A program made the translations under genes and the position numbers. Positions 59,847 through 64,000 of a DNA stretch of 64,000 nucleotides are shown one piece after another. The stretch's first letter is position 1. Every line of letters begins with the position of its first letter. The notes beneath the pieces are model-generated. The model searched no databases and had not been told where the DNA came from. It worked only from the letters and a program-made list of their open reading frames with translations. This DNA comes from Nitrospirota bacterium (lineage in GTDB: Bacteria > Nitrospirota > Thermodesulfovibrionia > Thermodesulfovibrionales > UBA6898): assembly GCA_012026685.1 (NCBI GenBank), contig VEOY01000089.1:13983-77982 (forward strand). Direction: 5' to 3'.

Positions 59847-61747
59847 AGCGCCGCTGTAAGCCGGTAGAGGGCGGGATAGTCATGCCTGGTTTTTTCTGCT
59901 TCCTCTTTCAGGTAGGCAAGCGCCTGGGGAATGTGATCGAGGAAATATGGTTTGCCTTTTATTGCGGAGAGATAGCCATACGCGCCGAGCGCCTGCATAT
60001 GGCGCTGAAGCCTGCAGGGAAGGAGAGCTTCCCTGAAAGCATGGGTATCGAAATTCGGTTTCTCGTCTTTCATCCGTTTGACGTAGTAAGAAAGGAGCGT
60101 TTGGCGCGTATGTGAAGCCAGGCAGTGATAGGGATCCCAAAGTATGGATGCAATGTCATATGCAGCTGGTCCCATGCGGGCACCCTGGAAATCGATAACG
60201 TGCGGTTCGTTGTTATTCGTGATCATAATATTCTGGGATTGAAAATCGCGGTGGACGACCACCTTGTCGAACGAATCGACGGTAGAAGCCAGCTTCTTGA
60301 AATCTGCATGCAGAAGATCTTCATCAGGTGGGGCGATAGTATGATGTGCGTGAACGAAATGTTCCATAAAGTAACTAGTCTCCCACAACAGATGTTCCTG
60401 ATCAAAGACTCTGGCAAGAAGTTGCGGGCAATCTGTCACATGGGCGGTTATATCCGTATGAAGAATCACGAGTATATCGATAACCCTCCTGTACATGGTT
60501 TCCATGGTGACTTGTGATCGTCTGCACGCTATCCATGCATAGAGGGAGATGTCCCCGAGATCCTCAACGATTGCTGTTTTCTCGCTCTCGTTGTAGCGGA
60601 GTATCCCCGGAACAGGGACGCCATGTTTCTTGAGGAATCGGGAGAGGGCAAGGTGACGCTCGTAGTCCCTGTCGGCTTCGGTACAGCTCATAAGAACGTA
60701 TGAGGTTTCCCTGCAGGTTATGCGGAAGTACGACCTGTCAGATCCTCCCGTGCCTATGCAGACCGCCCTGATTCTGCCGTCAGTGTCGCCACAATCTTTC
60801 AATAATGAAGATGAAATGGGAGCGGTCCTGAAGATTTCATCCGGCGTTATCGCAACACGAAATCCATTGCCGATAATGCATTGTCTTGTCACTGACCCTG
60901 AGGAGACATGTGCTCCCGGCAGCAAAATAGCATCTGCGATGAACGCATTTTCATCAAGGGTACATCCCTTCTCGATAACGACAGTCCCCTGCAGTTTCGT
61001 TTTTCCGCAGTCGACCGAGCCATGCGCGTATACGTTTTTCCCCTGCTTTTTCAAGATGTCAAATACGGCAGCTGCATAGGCGTTTGGCGTGCCGATGTCT
61101 GTCCAGGAAGCTCCGGAGAAGTCTATCGTTCCTACAACATTTCCATCTGACATCGCCCTGAGCCATGCATCGACTACACTTGAGGGCCCATCCGGAAGAT
61201 AACCAAGAAATGCCGGAGAATATACTGCTATTCCCATAAAAGCAATTTTACATAATCCAGAGTCTTCTCTTTGAGGCTGTATGCCCACGTGGCGCAGAGC
61301 GCCCTGCCTGTCAATCCAGACATTGTTGAATTGGCTGTGATCATGTACTGCGAGCGTTGCGATATTGCCGGATGACTCATGCCTCCTGACAAGTGCCGTT
61401 AGATCTATATCTGAAAGGATGTCAGAATTGTGCACGATGAATGTCGAGCAGTCAAGAAAGGCTGATGCATTTCTTAGTGCCCCGCCTGTTCCGAGTATCT
61501 GAGCCTCATGATAGAGCCTCAGACTGCCAGAGTATGCTGAAAGCGATGCCCACGACTGTATCTGCTCCCAGCAATGATGCATGTTGACAGCGATCTCGTT
61601 TGGTGAAAGAGAGGAAATGCGATCAAGAGCAAATTCAATGACCGGTTTTCCTATCACGGGAAGGAGAGGTTTGGGCAAGAGGTCTGTTATAGGTCTGAGC
61701 CGCTCGCCAAAACCGGCAGCAGGAATGAATGCGTTAAGAGTGCCCAC
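59843..61747 (-). CDS. fusion of sugar-1-phosphate nucleotidyltransferase (MurU-like, with beta-helix segment) and APH-family sugar kinase (AmgK-like)
   Basis: N-terminus: PAAGFGERLRPITDLLPKPLLPV. Middle: hexapeptide-like repeats. C-terminus: VVHRDFQSQNIMI...IDFQGA kinase motifs. GTG start overlaps the upstream stop (TAGTG). Confidence 0.7.
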   Translation of the reverse strand: MGTLNAFIPAAGFGERLRPITDLLPKPLLPVIGKPVIEFALDRISSLSPNEIAVNMHHCWEQIQSWASLSAYSGSLRLYHEAQILGTGGALRNASAFLDCSTFIVHNSDILSDIDLTALVRRHESSGNIATLAVHDHSQFNNVWIDRQGALRHVGIQPQREDSGLCKIAFMGIAVYSPAFLGYLPDGPSSVVDAWLRAMSDGNVVGTIDFSGASWTDIGTPNAYAAAVFDILKKQGKNVYAHGSVDCGKTKLQGTVVIEKGCTLDENAFIADAILLPGAHVSSGSVTRQCIIGNGFRVAITPDEIFRTAPISSSLLKDCGDTDGRIRAVCIGTGGSDRSYFRITCRETSYVLMSCTEADRDYERHLALSRFLKKHGVPVPGILRYNESEKTAIVEDLGDISLYAWIACRRSQVTMETMYRRVIDILVILHTDITAHVTDCPQLLARVFDQEHLLWETSYFMEHFVHAHHTIAPPDEDLLHADFKKLASTVDSFDKVVVHRDFQSQNIMITNNNEPHVIDFQGARMGPAAYDIASILWDPYHCLASHTRQTLLSYYVKRMKDEKPNFDTHAFREALLPCRLQRHMQALGAYGYLSAIKGKPYFLDHIPQALAYLKEEAEKTRHDYPALYRLTAAL

Positions 61748-62925
61748 TAATAGATCAGATACCTCCTTCTGATCTTTTCATCAAAAACAGTGAGTTCTTT
61801 TTCCCACCATGTCTCCATGGTGTCAAGAGATCTCCCCTGCTCTATGTCCTCTCTGAATCTGTTCGTTCCGGCAAGAATATCTATGGGCAGGAGCTTTTTC
61901 TCATATTCGTATGGTGGCTTTTTCCATCCGAACTTGGTTGGATACAGCTCGAATATGGTCTTCAATATGGCGGCTGCGGTCTTGAACGGTCTGAACTGTC
62001 TTTTGTCTGTGACATGAATCTGGGCCCCTCCACAGAGCTTACCCGCATGTTTCTGGAATGTAGGAAGAAAATGCAGCGGCCTGAAGACAGCCCCCCTCAG
62101 CATGTGGCTGTTCAATATTCTTACCATAGCGTCAGGATCTATAAAAGGAGCGCCGAATATCTCGAACGGACGAGTTGTGCCCCTTCCCTCGCTGAGATTC
62201 GTTCCTTCGAGAAGGCACATGCCGGGATATACGGCTGCTGTTTCCTGTGTCGGCATATTGGGTGAAGGAAGCACCCATGGGAGTCCGGTCTGATCAAACC
62301 ACATGTCCCTTTTCCATCTCTTCATGGGTATTACAAAATACATCAGATCGGAATAGTATACATCTTTCAGGTATAGGCCTATCTCCCCGATTGTCATACC
62401 GTGCCTGACAGGCAGTCTGTGGAGGCCGACAAATGAAGCATACTCGGGCCTGAGCACCGGCCCCTCGACTTGTCTGCCGCAGATGGGATTTGGCCGGTCA
62501 AGAACAACAACAGCCTTGCCCATTTCCTGGCAAGCCTCCATGACAAGTGCCATGGTCCATATGAATGTATAAAAGCGGGCTCCTACATCCTGGAGGTCAA
62601 TGATCATGAGATCGATATCCTTAAGCATTTCAGGTCTGGGTTTTCGGGTCTTTCCATAGAGACTATAGACAGGAATCCCGGTCTTATTGTCCCTGAAACC
62701 CTGCCATTCGATCATATTGTCCTGGGTCTCGCCCCATAGTCCATGCTGTGGGCCGAACAATGAAGAGACGGTAAATTTTGAAGACTGCATGCATCGTGTG
62801 GCGGTTGGCAGCAGCATGCTGTTCACTGATGCGGGATGGATCAGTAGTCCAGCCCTGGTATTTTTCAACTCCCGGGGCCACTCTTTTTCCAGAAGATCAA
62901 CGCCGGTCTTGACGGTGGATGGCAT
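61747..62925 (-). CDS. namZ: DUF1343 / NamZ-like exo-beta-N-acetylmuramidase family protein
   Basis: 392 aa. The GLLIHPASV...LFGPQHG...IDLQDVGARFYT pattern is typical of DUF1343. Confidence 0.7.
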   Translation of the reverse strand: MPSTVKTGVDLLEKEWPRELKNTRAGLLIHPASVNSMLLPTATRCMQSSKFTVSSLFGPQHGLWGETQDNMIEWQGFRDNKTGIPVYSLYGKTRKPRPEMLKDIDLMIIDLQDVGARFYTFIWTMALVMEACQEMGKAVVVLDRPNPICGRQVEGPVLRPEYASFVGLHRLPVRHGMTIGEIGLYLKDVYYSDLMYFVIPMKRWKRDMWFDQTGLPWVLPSPNMPTQETAAVYPGMCLLEGTNLSEGRGTTRPFEIFGAPFIDPDAMVRILNSHMLRGAVFRPLHFLPTFQKHAGKLCGGAQIHVTDKRQFRPFKTAAAILKTIFELYPTKFGWKKPPYEYEKKLLPIDILAGTNRFREDIEQGRSLDTMETWWEKELTVFDEKIRRRYLIY

Positions 62926-62948
62926 GATTCAGCTGTGCGGTAATATCG

Positions 62949-63473
62949 TCAGTCCAGAAGCAGATCCCTGATCATCATGGTAAGTTCTTTGATGCGGAGA
63001 TCACGATTCTGATCGGTTATTTCAAGGAGGACCACGTCCTCTCTCTTCCTGATATCGTTAATAAAGCCTGTGCCCTTATCTGCGATAGCCGCTATAACGG
63101 GCTTATTGGAATCCAGAAGCTCGGGAATGAGCTTTAAGAACTTCTTGGATGCACACTCCACTTTTCCTATTTCATCGATCATGTAAAGGCCTGTCTTTTT
63201 TTCTCTTGAGAAGGTCTTGTCAAGGAAATCATCGAATGTTCTGACATCCACCTTGTATTTTCCCACACTGACCTTGCTTTTCAGCTTTGTATGGGCAAAA
63301 ACCCTGCTATCCCCAAAGAGGTTTGCCACTTCGAAACCTACTCTACTCTCGTCTTCGATTATCTCGGAGGTGATAAATCCTACCGGGTTGAATTCCTTGA
63401 ATATGACACACAGTCTCTTGATGATCGTGGTTTTTCCCGCGTCTGGTGCTCCGGTTATCATGATATTTTTCAT
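62949..63473 (-). CDS. THEP1-like nucleoside-triphosphatase (COG1618-type P-loop NTPase)
   Basis: MKNIMITGAPDAGKTT Walker A and LYMIDEIGKVE Walker B. 174 aa. The start overlaps the parB stop (ATGA). Confidence 0.7.
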   Translation of the reverse strand: MKNIMITGAPDAGKTTIIKRLCVIFKEFNPVGFITSEIIEDESRVGFEVANLFGDSRVFAHTKLKSKVSVGKYKVDVRTFDDFLDKTFSREKKTGLYMIDEIGKVECASKKFLKLIPELLDSNKPVIAAIADKGTGFINDIRKREDVVLLEITDQNRDLRIKELTMMIRDLLLD

Positions 63474-64000
63474 GGCAGTAATATGTCGAGCAGCCTGTTA
63501 AGCTCCTCCAGAGAATAGTATTCTATCTCTATTTTCCCCTTCTTTTTATTTTGTTGAACAATATGGACCTTTGTTCCCAAATTTCTGATAAGTTTTTCCT
63601 CAAGAGAAGCTATCTGGGGGTCTCTTTCTGGCCGTATTTTAACAGGGTTAGCCGGTTTTTTGGCTAATAATTCGGCCTCGCGAACGCTCAGGCCGTTCCT
63701 GACAACCTTTCTGGCGGCCTCGATCTGGTTATTGCGTCCTTCTATGGATAGCAGCGCGCGCGCATGACCCATGCTGAGCTTCCCAGTGTAGATCATATCC
63801 TTTATCTCCACAGGAAGCTTGAGAAGCCTCAGGTAATTAGCAACTGTTGCCCGCTCTTTCCCGACCTTGTCTGCCAGTTCTTCCTGCGTAAGATTGAACT
63901 CCTGCATGAGAGTGTTGAATCCTTCGGCTGTCTCGATAGGGTTCAGCTGCTCTCTCTGGATATTCTCAATCAGCGCCATTTCGAGGGAATCACGGGAGTC
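63470..64000 (-). CDS. parB: ParB/Spo0J partition protein, N-terminus beyond window edge
   Basis: ALIENIQREQLNPIE box, HTH (TQEELADKVGKERATVANYLRLL), and LSMGHARAL. The frame stays open to base 64000. Confidence 0.85.
   Translation of the reverse strand, partial: DSRDSLEMALIENIQREQLNPIETAEGFNTLMQEFNLTQEELADKVGKERATVANYLRLLKLPVEIKDMIYTGKLSMGHARALLSIEGRNNQIEAARKVVRNGLSVREAELLAKKPANPVKIRPERDPQIASLEEKLIRNLGTKVHIVQQNKKKGKIEIEYYSLEELNRLLDILLP

Overview
This window is a densely coded, origin-proximal stretch of a bacterial chromosome. It has Gram-negative-type envelope genes (bamD, lnt) and an anaerobe-like gene content. I cannot assign the taxon from sequence alone. All functional calls come from reading the supplied translations for diagnostic motifs. 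No database search was run.

Main blocks, left to right:
- a livJHMGF-type branched-chain amino-acid ABC transporter (minus strand)
- a three-subunit succinate:quinone oxidoreductase/fumarate reductase, followed by an ACT-domain malic enzyme
- lipid and envelope genes: an acyl-activating/ACP/PlsC fusion, bamD and lnt
- a radical-SAM gene followed by RNase G
- the replication core dnaA-dnaN-gyrB-gyrA, with prfB upstream (programmed +1 frameshift), a ~290 bp AT-rich putative oriC, and rsmG plus a DivIVA-like gene downstream
- serS, cysK, hisC-hisB and glgP
- a MurNAc-recycling-like cluster, and parB at the right edge
- two tRNAs: Phe-GAA and Arg-CCT

I saw no CRISPR array, IS element, integrase or rRNA.

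The most interesting signal is a gene absent from the ORF track at 57483..57743 (minus strand). It is an 86-codon NifU-domain ORF with an in-frame TGA exactly where the second Cys of the conserved CxxC motif belongs. A hairpin with a GGUC loop, resembling the E. coli fdhF SECIS, starts 12 nt downstream. This makes it a candidate selenoprotein.

Other items worth a second look:
- a ~1000-aa membrane-anchored coiled-coil protein next to a visibly AT-richer pocket of orphan genes (tandem PilZ protein, small membrane and Cys-rich proteins) beside tRNA-Arg
- an ATP-cone/PD-(D/E)XK nuclease fusion
- several domain fusions
- a ~190 nt terminator-capped region after serS
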